A program made the translations under genes and the position numbers. From contig JBGAQY010000001.1 in assembly GCA_044220495.1 (NCBI GenBank), forward strand, positions 126,515-190,514: a stretch of DNA of 64,000 nucleotides, given 5' to 3'. A model generated the notes under the pieces. That model did no database searches. It was not told the DNA's origin and saw nothing but the letters and a program-made list of their open reading frames with translations. This document shows positions 19,284 through 28,568 of this stretch, piece by piece (the stretch's first letter is position 1; the number at the start of each line of letters is the position of its first letter). Origin of the DNA: Acidimicrobiales bacterium (GTDB lineage Bacteria > Actinomycetota > Acidimicrobiia > Acidimicrobiales > JBBSGY01).

Positions 19284-19915
19284 CCATCAAGATCTTCTTG
19301 GTCGACGACCATCAGTTCTTCCTCTCGGGCCTCAAAGCCGAGTTGGGTGACGAATTCGAAATCGTCGGCACCGCGTCCGAAGTCAACGAAGCAACCCAGG
19401 CCATCGAACAAACACAACCCGACGTGGTGCTGCTCGACGTGCACCTGCCCGGCGGCAACGGACAACGGGTGCTCGAACAGACCCGCGGCCACTTGCCCAA
19501 CACGCGCTTCCTGGCGCTATCGGTGTCAGATGCACCCGAAGACGTAATTGGTGTCATCAGAGCGGGCGCACGTGGATATGTCACGAAAACCATCTCGCCG
19601 GCCGACCTCGCCGATGCCATCCGACAGATTCACGAAGGTGAGACCGTCTTCTCGTCACGTCTTGCCGGCTTTGTGCTCGATGCATTCGCAGCGGAAGACA
19701 TTCCTTCAGCCGATGCCGAGCTAGACCTGTTGACCGCGCGCGAAAAAGACGTGCTGCGTCACATTGCGCGAGGCTTCACCTACAAACAGGTCGCTCGCAA
19801 TCTCGATGTGTCGGTCAAAACAGTCGAAACCCACATGTCATCGGTGCTGCGCAAACTGCAGCTGTCGAGTCGACATGAGCTCACGGTGTGGGCGACCAAT
19901 CGGAGAATCGTATGA
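19280..19915 (+). CDS. NarL/LuxR-family response regulator
   Basis: LVDDH, VLLDVHLP, GYVTK, and HTH LTAREKDVL...SVKTVETH. ATGA overlap with the kinase. Confidence 0.95.
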   Translation: MTIKIFLVDDHQFFLSGLKAELGDEFEIVGTASEVNEATQAIEQTQPDVVLLDVHLPGGNGQRVLEQTRGHLPNTRFLALSVSDAPEDVIGVIRAGARGYVTKTISPADLADAIRQIHEGETVFSSRLAGFVLDAFAAEDIPSADAELDLLTAREKDVLRHIARGFTYKQVARNLDVSVKTVETHMSSVLRKLQLSSRHELTVWATNRRIV

Positions 19916-21096
19916 GTAACACAATCGACGTCACCTGCGGGCCATTGGTCGCCGGCGGCGACTCGCTCGTTCGTCGCGAAGGCGAAAAAGTTCTGTTCGT
20001 TGAAGGCGGCTTGCCCGGCGAGGCCGTCAAGGTGCACGTCGATCGTGAGCGCAAAGACCTTGCCAACGCGCACGTCACCGAAGTTGTGCACGCGTCGCCG
20101 CATCGCGTTGCGCCGCCATGCCCGATGTTCAGCGCTGGTTGTGGTGGGTGCCAGTGGCAGCACATCGACGCCAGCGCACAACACGACTACAAGATGGGCA
20201 TTGTCGTTGACGCTCTAACACGCATCTCCAAAATGCCCGAGCCACCGGTGCGCTTTGCCGGATCGGTTCCAACCTTGGGTTACCGCACCACAATGCACGT
20301 CGGAGTTGTCGATGGTAAGGCCGCTTTGCGTCGCCGCCACACAAACGAGTTGCAAGCTCTCGACCTGTGCATGATCTCGCACCCATTGCTCGAAGAGCTC
20401 ATCATCGACGGTTATTTCGGCAGCGCAAACGAAGTGACTTTGCGGGTTTCTGCATCAACCGGCGAACGCATTGCTTATGTCAAAGGCGACATCAGCGATG
20501 TACGTCTGCCAAAAGACGTCACCATCACGCCGAACGGTCGCAACGCTTCCATTCACGAAGACGTGCTCGGCCGCAAGTTCCGCGTATCAGCTCGTTCGTT
20601 CTTTCAATCAGGGCCCGCCGCTGCCGAGCTCGTCGCGAAGACGGTTGATCAAGTTGTTCCGCAAGAGGTCGGCTGGATTGTCGACGCGTACGCCGGCGTC
20701 GGCCTTCTGTGCGGAGTCACCGGCGAAGAGCGCGACTGTCAGGTCACTGCCGTTGAGCAAGATCGCTCGGCTGTTGGCGATGCGCGCCACAACCTTGCCG
20801 ACCTTGCGTCAGAAGTAATCGAGGCCGAAGTGGCAACTGTTTCTCTCTCAGGCGACTCATCGCCCGACGTCGTCATTGCCGACCCGTCGCGCACCGGCCT
20901 CGGTAAATCGGCGGCCAAGACGCTTGCCGGTTTGGGCGCCAACGACTTCGTGCTCGTTAGCTGCGACCCCGCCTCGCTCGCGCGCGACAGCGTGTTATTG
21001 ACCGAAGCGGGTTACCAACTCACTGATGTCGCGGTGCTCGACCTGTTCCCGCAGACACATCACGTCGAGACCGTCTCGCATTTCGTGCGCGCGTAA
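19912..21096 (+). CDS. TRAM-domain RNA (uracil-5)-methyltransferase, RlmD/TrmA family
   Basis: GLPGE, CPMFSAGCGGCQWQH (Fe-S), SFFQ, DAYAGVG, VSCDPASLARD and DLFPQTHHVE motifs. Confidence 0.92.
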   Translation: MSNTIDVTCGPLVAGGDSLVRREGEKVLFVEGGLPGEAVKVHVDRERKDLANAHVTEVVHASPHRVAPPCPMFSAGCGGCQWQHIDASAQHDYKMGIVVDALTRISKMPEPPVRFAGSVPTLGYRTTMHVGVVDGKAALRRRHTNELQALDLCMISHPLLEELIIDGYFGSANEVTLRVSASTGERIAYVKGDISDVRLPKDVTITPNGRNASIHEDVLGRKFRVSARSFFQSGPAAAELVAKTVDQVVPQEVGWIVDAYAGVGLLCGVTGEERDCQVTAVEQDRSAVGDARHNLADLASEVIEAEVATVSLSGDSSPDVVIADPSRTGLGKSAAKTLAGLGANDFVLVSCDPASLARDSVLLTEAGYQLTDVAVLDLFPQTHHVETVSHFVRA

Positions 21097-21100
21097 CTGC

Positions 21101-22405
21101 TTACAAACTTCGAGCCAAACCCGAATCTGTCGACGGCAACAAACGAGGACTCACTAAGGCGTCAATGTCTCGAGGGCGAATTTGGTTGACTCGTGCCGTG
21201 TGTCCGTAAGGCTCGCTGAGCACCCACCCGCTGTCGTCACGACGCAAGTCAGCACACCGAGGTGCCATCGATAGTTGCGGACTGTTACTCGGCAACCCTG
21301 CTCGCGTTTCGAGCCGTTGGTGGCGCCACAAACCCATCGGCCCATCGAGCACGAATTCACTCGGTTTGGCCACGCCCACCGAATCACGCGGAACGGCAGC
21401 AATCAGAAAATCATGCGCTGCCGCGTCGGCCAATCCGGCAGCAATCTCACTACGGTGAGTACCAGCAACCGGCCGAGCGAAGTATCCGTCGAGCACGGCC
21501 GTAATCGGCAGCCGTTGGTTTCGCGATGAACGCACCGCACGGGCATGCGCGCCGATGCTCATGAACAGAGAGTCGACAATCATCCGTTCGTTCTGCAACT
21601 GCGTCTCATTGATGATGTCGCCGCGCTCGTTGCGGCGCGCGTCACGTCCGAGAACGACCAGAAGGTCGTGAGACTTCGCGAAACTGGCAACGTCGAAACG
21701 CTGCGCAGAGCGAGCAAAACCTTCAGCCGGACGATGCACCGCCTGAAACACACCAAGCCAATCGGCAACAAGTCTCGCCGCTTCGGCGCGGACTCTTTCG
21801 GACCGACCGAGCGGTAAAACAGCAGTTGCGTAGTCACGACGGCCAGGCTCGCCAAGGTCAAGGCGCTCACGCATGCGATCCCACACGCCTTTGGTCGAAC
21901 TCGTGAAGTAGTTCAGCATTTCTATGCTCTGCGCGACACTCAGGCGTTCGCGAAACGCTGTGCGCAACAAGACGGGCAACAGCACGCGAGCAACTCCGTT
22001 GGGCGTCGACGCCTTCCCAGCCATCTGTCCGTGTGGGTCTGCCATGTCGGAGACGATTCGCGTGATGGCAACACGAGAGGGTTCATCAACGGCAGCGTCA
22101 ACGATTGACCATTCGGGCCACTTGGCTTTCACGACCGGATCGCTACCCAGCCAGAACACGTCACCGCGATCAACGCGAGTCTCGGCCACGCGAGCTGCCA
22201 ATGCACGATTGCGCGTGTACAAAACAGCAGGGCCCGAATCTTCACTGTTGATTACAAAGCTGGCGACAATGCTTTCGACTTCTCGTCGTGTTTGCGCTTC
22301 TGACTCGGGTCGATGGGCATCAATAACAACCGCCATGTTGTCGAGCAGCGGCAGAGACACAGTGCCTGAGTCGCCAACTTCGGCAGTGAGCTTCAGCCGG
22401 CCCAT
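21101..22405 (-). CDS. Degenerate VirD4/TraG coupling-protein-like protein (paralogue 3)
   Basis: GPAVLYT...R..RGDVFWL...WSIVD...FDVASFAKSHDLLVVLG...ITAVLDG follows the actinobacterial T4CP motif order, but there is no GxxxxGKT and no DE. Confidence 0.65.
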   Translation of the reverse strand: MGRLKLTAEVGDSGTVSLPLLDNMAVVIDAHRPESEAQTRREVESIVASFVINSEDSGPAVLYTRNRALAARVAETRVDRGDVFWLGSDPVVKAKWPEWSIVDAAVDEPSRVAITRIVSDMADPHGQMAGKASTPNGVARVLLPVLLRTAFRERLSVAQSIEMLNYFTSSTKGVWDRMRERLDLGEPGRRDYATAVLPLGRSERVRAEAARLVADWLGVFQAVHRPAEGFARSAQRFDVASFAKSHDLLVVLGRDARRNERGDIINETQLQNERMIVDSLFMSIGAHARAVRSSRNQRLPITAVLDGYFARPVAGTHRSEIAAGLADAAAHDFLIAAVPRDSVGVAKPSEFVLDGPMGLWRHQRLETRAGLPSNSPQLSMAPRCADLRRDDSGWVLSEPYGHTARVNQIRPRDIDALVSPRLLPSTDSGLARSL

Positions 22406-22410
22406 AGCTA

Positions 22411-23790
22411 CTAGGCCAAGCTCCGCGCTGCGGTGAAGTCTTGTCGGTGTTCAGCTATCACGGCCTCAAGAGTCATCGGCTGCACACTACCCACGTCAGA
22501 GAGTGTCCAGTCATCGGTCGACTGCGCCGGCCTGTCGTTTAGTGCTAGTCGAGCGATGTGCTCAGCCGACGAGCGCGGTGCGAAGAAGGCTGCTGAATGT
22601 GGGAAGCCAACCGGAGCAACCCTCCCTGTACTAATCCATGGATTCGAGACAACGGTCGTGCCGCTCTTTGAAAGTCGCACCAGCGCCTCATCGACTCGCA
22701 CCGACTGAGGCAGAAATCGGTCGAGCACGAGCGTTGTCGACAGCGCCGTGCCTTTCGACAACACATACGGCTTCACAGCTGCTTCTTGAATTAGCGAGAG
22801 AAGCACCTCAACGGCGGCTCGACTGGGTTCCCGTGGCGGTGAACCAACAACGATGACCATGTCGCGACTCTCAACAAATGCATGCGGATCAAAGTCATTC
22901 GTCGCAATTCCTTCATGGGCGTTGTCGAGCTGTTCCCACGGTTGGAGCCAATACGCCATCGTTTCGAGAACTGCCGGGTTGGCAAAACGCTCGATCGAGC
23001 GCAGATTCTTCAACATGTCCTCAACGGAATACTCACGCTCGTGCGCAGTGATGAGCGCATGCACAAGCGATTTTTGAGCATTGGCGCGCACGGTTCCTTC
23101 ATTGTCGCCACCGGCGAGAGGGGCAACCCTGCCGCGCATAGCAACGGCCAAACACTCAGCGATGTGACGCGCCATCTCAACACCAGTCGCTTCACGAATG
23201 GGCGACCAACGCATCAGGTTCGTGTCAGACGGCAACTCATCCGCCGGCGACAACCAAGCAACCGAACCGCCCGCTGCAATGCGCTGATCGCGCACTGCCC
23301 TTGCGAGTTGTGCATCAGGAGTTACTAGAACGGTCGGACCAGGCGCCATTAACGCAGTCGACGCGAGAACACCTTGCACTTGCGAGCTCGCTGATTGATG
23401 CGTCGGAACATCGATCACGAGCGGACGACGATCAGAAATCTCAGCGAAGCGACGATCAGCTAGCGCGACGTGCAAGTTGACAAGCGGACCGTGAGGTTGA
23501 TCCGGCACCCAGTGACCAGAGCCGACAGCGGCGACTTCCTCACCCGAGAAAAGCACCCGCCTCGACGCTTGCCGCGTGACGCTGGCTCGGCGTTGCCCGT
23601 AATTGCGAGCGACTCGGTCATCAGACGCCGCTGCTTGATCAAGGCTGCCAAGTTCTTGGCGCACTCGGGCGAGGGCAGCGGTCCATCGGTTGCGGCTGAA
23701 CTCTCCTCGTCTTGCTCTCGCAGGGTCAGCGCTGTCGTGTTTGGGAAGTGCCACCCGGTCAAAGGTACCGACGACTCGGGGGCGCGCCAA
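22411..23790 (-). CDS. Degenerate VirD4/TraG coupling-protein-like protein (paralogue 2)
   Basis: PGPTVLVT...R..AGGSVAWLSP...RWSPI...FDPHAFVESRDMVIVVG...TTLVLDR. TTG start with GAGGT RBS. Confidence 0.7.
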   Translation of the reverse strand: MARPRVVGTFDRVALPKHDSADPARARRGEFSRNRWTAALARVRQELGSLDQAAASDDRVARNYGQRRASVTRQASRRVLFSGEEVAAVGSGHWVPDQPHGPLVNLHVALADRRFAEISDRRPLVIDVPTHQSASSQVQGVLASTALMAPGPTVLVTPDAQLARAVRDQRIAAGGSVAWLSPADELPSDTNLMRWSPIREATGVEMARHIAECLAVAMRGRVAPLAGGDNEGTVRANAQKSLVHALITAHEREYSVEDMLKNLRSIERFANPAVLETMAYWLQPWEQLDNAHEGIATNDFDPHAFVESRDMVIVVGSPPREPSRAAVEVLLSLIQEAAVKPYVLSKGTALSTTLVLDRFLPQSVRVDEALVRLSKSGTTVVSNPWISTGRVAPVGFPHSAAFFAPRSSAEHIARLALNDRPAQSTDDWTLSDVGSVQPMTLEAVIAEHRQDFTAARSLA

Positions 23791-23809
23791 AGCACCTCGT
23801 CAAGTGCGT

Positions 23810-25181
23810 TTACAGCTGGCGCCCGAGCGTCTTGGGAACGTTCATCAGGTCATCTAGAACTCTGATCATTGCCCCTTTCGACGGCGTGCGATGGCGCGAA
23901 TCGACCTCGGGCAACTGCCACTTCAATGACTTGTCGACATGCACCACCAGAGGCACGACCGGACGTTTCGCCCTCGGACCATTAGCTAGTCGCTCTGCCC
24001 TATCCACGGTCACGGCAATTAGTGACTCAGCGATTGCCGTTTGAGTCGGCCCGTCAGGATCACCAAACACGATCACATCGCGACTCGCCAAGAAGGGTGT
24101 CGATACTCAACTGGTAGCTGGTACTCGTGCTGTGACTGCTTTCCAAGATTGCCCAAGACGACAACAGATGCGCAGCGCACGCAGCCACCTCGGGAGCGCG
24201 CTTGTGCGCGCCATCGTCTTTCGACATTGACGTACGCGCAAAGTCGACGGTAGCGATGTCACGCATCGACATGTGGGCCTTGGCGCCTTTGTGCAGCATC
24301 CGTTCGACCAATTCACGCGCTGTGTCGATGACCTTCTGCTCGTGCTTGGTGCGCCCAAAGTTAAGGCGCGAGCGGGCCCAAGCCTTACTAAGAACTTTTG
24401 CCACACGGGCCGCGCCATCACGACCAGTCACGTGTTCAATCAATGAGAATCGCAACGGAAGAGTCGCGTCAGGAATCGCAGCGTCATAGTCGGCCATCCA
24501 TACGACTGTGCGTCCAGCAGCCTGATACGCGCGCGCCGCCGTCAACGCCCAATTGCTGCTGCGAGTAAAAACAACGGCCGGCCCATCCCCAACAAACTCT
24601 CTACTAACTGGCCGCGCCGTTTTCATCGAGCGCCGACACTAATAGCCCGCGCGAACGTGCATGTCGCCGCCGCAACCGCACAACGATCAACACCAGACAC
24701 TCGACAAGCGCAAACGCACCAAGAGCTAGATGCACATAAGCAACATCTCTCAGCGTCGCCGACCCTTGCTCGACGAACGTGTACAAACACGCTGACCGTT
24801 TACATCAAACCCGTGACTTGTCACAGTCTGCTTCTTGCCAATACCCCAGCACATTCGGGCCACAATGGCCATCTCGGCGATCCATAACAGGTATCCGTAG
24901 AGCGAGCGCCTACTGAGTAGGTAGCCCGCCACAAATACACACGCAGCGACAGTCGTGAGAATCACCGTCGCCGCAATCGCCATCGGAAACACGATGGCGA
25001 ACAACAAGCTCCCAATCATCCCGAGCAACGCCAACGATAGATAAGCAACAGCGATTATCGTCGTCGGGTAGAGCCAGCGAGAGACGTCAATCACTCTACG
25101 GTGACCACTCGCCACCTCTATCGAGTCGTGGCCTATTGAGTCCTGCCCTATTGAGTCCTGGCCGATTGACTCCTCGCTCAT
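23810..25181 (-). pseudogene. Frameshifted membrane-anchored coupling-protein-like gene (paralogue 1), split into four ORFs
   Basis: ORFs 24750-25181, 24604-24786, 24060-24626 and 23810-24091 overlap and can be joined by small indels near 24785, 24590-24612 and 24096. The joined product has TM helices then GPAVVFT...RFSLI...IDT(F)LASRDVIVFG...LVVHVD, about 457 codons. Confidence 0.6.
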
Positions 25182-25206
25182 CGCAGAAGTGTACGCCGGT
25201 CGTTTC

Positions 25207-25514
25207 GTGCGGACTCGGAGTCAACGTTGACCTTGACTCCACGCCAGAAGATCGCCACAAGTAGTCGAAACGTTCAACCGGTAACGCCACGGCGACAACG
25301 CCGTCATCGCGTACACAACGACAGACGCATTGGTGAAGTCCGACTCAGAACCCTGGATTCGCGTCGACGGCGTTTGGAGAAGCGCACTTTTTTGTTAGGC
25401 CCAACCCAGAAACCGCATGCAAACCGGTTACTCAACGTGCTCGCTCAGCATCGCGCCGGCGTTGGTGCGGAGTCGGAGTCAACGTTGACCTTGACTCCAC
25501 CCGAGAAGGTCGCC
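25207..25514. repeat. Two 50-bp direct repeats (25207-25256, 25465-25514) with a palindromic core
   Basis: Identical core GGAGTCAACGTTGACCTTGACTCC at 25217-25240 and 25475-25498, 258 bp apart. Confidence 0.9.
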
Positions 25515-25810
25515 GCACGTAACCAACACCAAGGGCGAACCGCACAACCATTGACATCAGTCACTTGACACGCGCCACCGCGGCCCTGGTCGGTATGCAC
25601 AAGCAGTCCGCAACTCGCCTACCGCTGCTCGCGTATCGACCGCTGCGCGCCGATACGATGCTCCGCTATACGGGTAGAAATACCGACCGCAGACGCCGCG
25701 GCTTTCTCACGCACCTTCACGAGCGCCGACGGGATCCCCGATCAACGGCCTCGCATTATTTGGAGCTCGCGAGCTGGCTGTCGCTGAGCGACGCTGGCGC
25801 CAGCCAGCCC

Positions 25811-28270
25811 CTAGGCGGGGCGGGCTGGGGTGGGTTCGATGTTCCAGATGTCTTTCGCGTATTCGGCAATGGTGCGGTCGGAACTAAAGACGCCAGAGTT
25901 CGCGATGTTGGCAATGCACATCTCGGCCCACTTGCTGCGATCTTTGAACATCTCGTCGGCACGCTTGTGCGCGTCGGCGTAGCTCTGGAAGTCGAGCAGC
26001 ACCATGAAACGGTCGCCCTCGCTCAGCAGTGAGTCGTAAAGCGGACGGAACACGTTGTAGTCACCTTGCTCAACTTGCTCGCTCAGCATTGCGTCGAGCA
26101 CACGCTTGATTGCGGGGTTCGAGTCGTAGAACTCGTATGGGTTGTATGAGTGCTCAGCTTGTAGACGTTGCACTTCGGCAACCTCGGCGCCGAACAACAC
26201 AAAGTTCTCTTCGCCAACCTGCTCACGGATTTCGACGTTTGCACCATCGAGAGTTCCGATAGTCACAGCACCGTTGAGCGCGAACTTCATGTTTCCCGTA
26301 CCCGATGCTTCAGTACCCGCAGTCGAGATCTGCTCAGACAAGTCAGCCGCCGGCATGATGTATTCAGCCAACGAAACTCGGTAATCAGGCAAGAACACAG
26401 CCTTGAGCTTCTTGTTGGTCTGCGGATCACCGTTGATCAAGCTCGCAACATTGTTGATGAACTTGATGATCAACTTTGCCGTCATGTAACCCGGTGCAGC
26501 TTTGGCCGCAAAGACAAACGTGCGCGGCGGCACATCGAGGTTGGGGTTGTCTTTGAGCTCTAAGTAGCGGTGCAAGATATGCAGCGCGTTGAGCGTCTGA
26601 CGCTTGTATTCGTGAAGACGCTTGGCCTGCACATCAAAGATCGAACTCGGGTCGACATCAACGCCAGTGTCAGCCTTGATCACAGCAGCAAGTTGACGCT
26701 TCTTCGTTTCTTTGACTTCGAGGAACTGCTTTTGGAACTCGGCGTCTTTAGCCAACGGTGCCAAGCCCTTGAGCTCGTCGAGATCAGTGATGAATCCGTC
26801 GCCAATTCGTGAAGAGATAAGCGCTGACAACTCTGGATTCGACGCCAGCAACCATCGGCGTTGCGTGATGCCGTTGGTCTTGTTCTGGAAGCGGTCAGGC
26901 CACAGCTCGTAGAAGTCTTTGAACAACGTTTCCTTGAGCAACTCAGAGTGCAACGCAGCAACACCATTAGTCGTGTGCGAGCCAACAACTGAAAGGTGAG
27001 CCATGCGCACGTGCGCGTCGGGCCCCTCTTCGACAATTGCCATGCGTTGCGCACGCTCGTGGTCTTCAGGGAACTTGGCGGTCACGAGTTTGGTGAGACG
27101 GTTGTTGATCTCGTGGATGATTTGCAAGTGGCGAGGCAGCAAGCGCTCAAACAAGCGCACGGCCCAACGCTCGAGCGCCTCGGGCATCAGAGTGTGGTTT
27201 GTGTACGCGCACGTTGCTTGCGTGATCTTCCATGCGTCTTCCCAATCGAGGCCTTCCTCATCCATCAAGATGCGCATCAGTTCAGCAACCGACAACGCCG
27301 GATGCGTGTCATTCATCTGCACGGCAACCTTGCCAGCAAACCCACGAATGTCTTGGTGAGTCGACTTGTAGCGGCGAACGATGTCGTGAAGTGATGCAGC
27401 AATGAAGAAGTACTGCTGCTTCAAGCGCAGCTCTTTACCTTGCTCGATGTTGTCGTTCGGATACAGCACCTTCGAGATGTACTCAGACGAAATGCGCTTC
27501 TCGTATGAACGAACGTATTCACCGTTATTGAAGAACTGAAGATCGAAGTCTTCAACCGCGCGCGCTGACCACAAACGCAACGTGTTGACGGTTCCGTTTT
27601 GGTAACCAACGACCGGATAGTCATAAGGCACAGCAACAACGGTCTCGTTGCCAACCCAACGGGTGATCTGACGACCCTCGGCGTTGGTTTCGTGGATGAC
27701 GCTTCCACCGAACTGGATCGGCGTGCGCATTTCGGCGCGCTCGATCTCCCACGGGTACATGTTGCGCAACCAGTTGTCGGGCTGCTCGACCTGCCATCCG
27801 CCACGAATCTCTTGGCGGAAGATGCCGTAGTCGTAACGAATGCCGTAGCCGTAACCAGGAAGCGCCAGTGTCGCCATGGAATCCAAGAAACACGCAGCCA
27901 AACGACCGAGACCACCGTTACCCAGACCAGCATCGCGCTCCATGTCGGTGACTTCGTCCCACGTCATGCCGAGGTTCTCAATTGCCTTGCGCACAGGACC
28001 GTCGAGGCCGAGGTTGATGATGTTGTTGGCGAAAGCGCGCCCGAGTAGGTATTCGAGGCTCAAGTAATAGACACGCTTTGAATCACGTTGGTAGTACGTC
28101 TGACTCGTGCGACTCCAGTCATCGACCAACTGATCACGGATTGCCAGAGCCAGTGAGTAATACCTGTCTCGGTCAGTGGCGCTGAACTCATCTTTCGCCA
28201 TCGTGAAGCGAACGTGATCGGCAGTGCCGCGTTCGATGGATTCGGGCGTTTGGTTGGGAGCGGGGCTCAA
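25811..28270 (-). CDS. glgP: Glycogen/starch phosphorylase (GT35)
   Basis: DAGLGNGGLGRLAACF, NDTHP, YTNHTL, NKTNGIT, KRLHEYKRQ and PLP site EASGTGNMK. AGGAG precedes the TTG start. Confidence 0.97.
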   Translation of the reverse strand: MSPAPNQTPESIERGTADHVRFTMAKDEFSATDRDRYYSLALAIRDQLVDDWSRTSQTYYQRDSKRVYYLSLEYLLGRAFANNIINLGLDGPVRKAIENLGMTWDEVTDMERDAGLGNGGLGRLAACFLDSMATLALPGYGYGIRYDYGIFRQEIRGGWQVEQPDNWLRNMYPWEIERAEMRTPIQFGGSVIHETNAEGRQITRWVGNETVVAVPYDYPVVGYQNGTVNTLRLWSARAVEDFDLQFFNNGEYVRSYEKRISSEYISKVLYPNDNIEQGKELRLKQQYFFIAASLHDIVRRYKSTHQDIRGFAGKVAVQMNDTHPALSVAELMRILMDEEGLDWEDAWKITQATCAYTNHTLMPEALERWAVRLFERLLPRHLQIIHEINNRLTKLVTAKFPEDHERAQRMAIVEEGPDAHVRMAHLSVVGSHTTNGVAALHSELLKETLFKDFYELWPDRFQNKTNGITQRRWLLASNPELSALISSRIGDGFITDLDELKGLAPLAKDAEFQKQFLEVKETKKRQLAAVIKADTGVDVDPSSIFDVQAKRLHEYKRQTLNALHILHRYLELKDNPNLDVPPRTFVFAAKAAPGYMTAKLIIKFINNVASLINGDPQTNKKLKAVFLPDYRVSLAEYIMPAADLSEQISTAGTEASGTGNMKFALNGAVTIGTLDGANVEIREQVGEENFVLFGAEVAEVQRLQAEHSYNPYEFYDSNPAIKRVLDAMLSEQVEQGDYNVFRPLYDSLLSEGDRFMVLLDFQSYADAHKRADEMFKDRSKWAEMCIANIANSGVFSSDRTIAEYAKDIWNIEPTPARPA

Positions 28271-28411
28271 AAGAAACTCCTGTGAGAGAGGTAAGGCTCG
28301 ACGATTTGGAGGTTAGCTATCCGGAACAACGTGGGTTTCTCAGAATCGGTTTAGCCTACAAATTCACAACATGCTTCTCGTAGCGCCGAAGAATCCGTAT
28401 ACTCAGACTTA

Positions 28412-28561
28412 CCGAAAGGGAGTATCCCTCGGAGAGCATCCGTCATCACGGTTTTCTTGGCCTCGCAGCCTCGACGCCCGGGTGCCTCGCCTTTAGGTCA
28501 TGCGTTACAACGCTGACCTGGGTGGAGAGACTTTCGGCTGATTTTTCTATTCAGCCGAAAG
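28412..28561 (+). ncRNA. yybP-ykoY manganese riboswitch with RBS-sequestering hairpin
   Basis: ccgaaaGGGAGTA...CGTCATCACG...GGAGAGACtttcgg matches the family pattern. P1 is ccgaaag/ctttcgg. The alternative stem ctttcggctga/tcagccgaaag reaches into the AAGGA RBS. TATACT -10 at 28398. Directly upstream of terC. Confidence 0.88.
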
Positions 28562-28568
28562 GAAATTT

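Noticed and set aside
21101-25181. An intact ICE or conjugative element
   Set aside because: No relaxase, VirB4, integrase or flanking tRNA/att duplication was seen, and the Walker motifs are missing.
25207-25514. Palindromic direct repeats as a CRISPR array
   Set aside because: Only two copies, about 208 bp between them, and no cas genes in the window.
25227-26032. Plus-strand ORFs 25227-25568 and 25565-26032
   Set aside because: They run through repeats or antisense to glgP, have Arg-rich shadow-like composition and no recognisable motifs.
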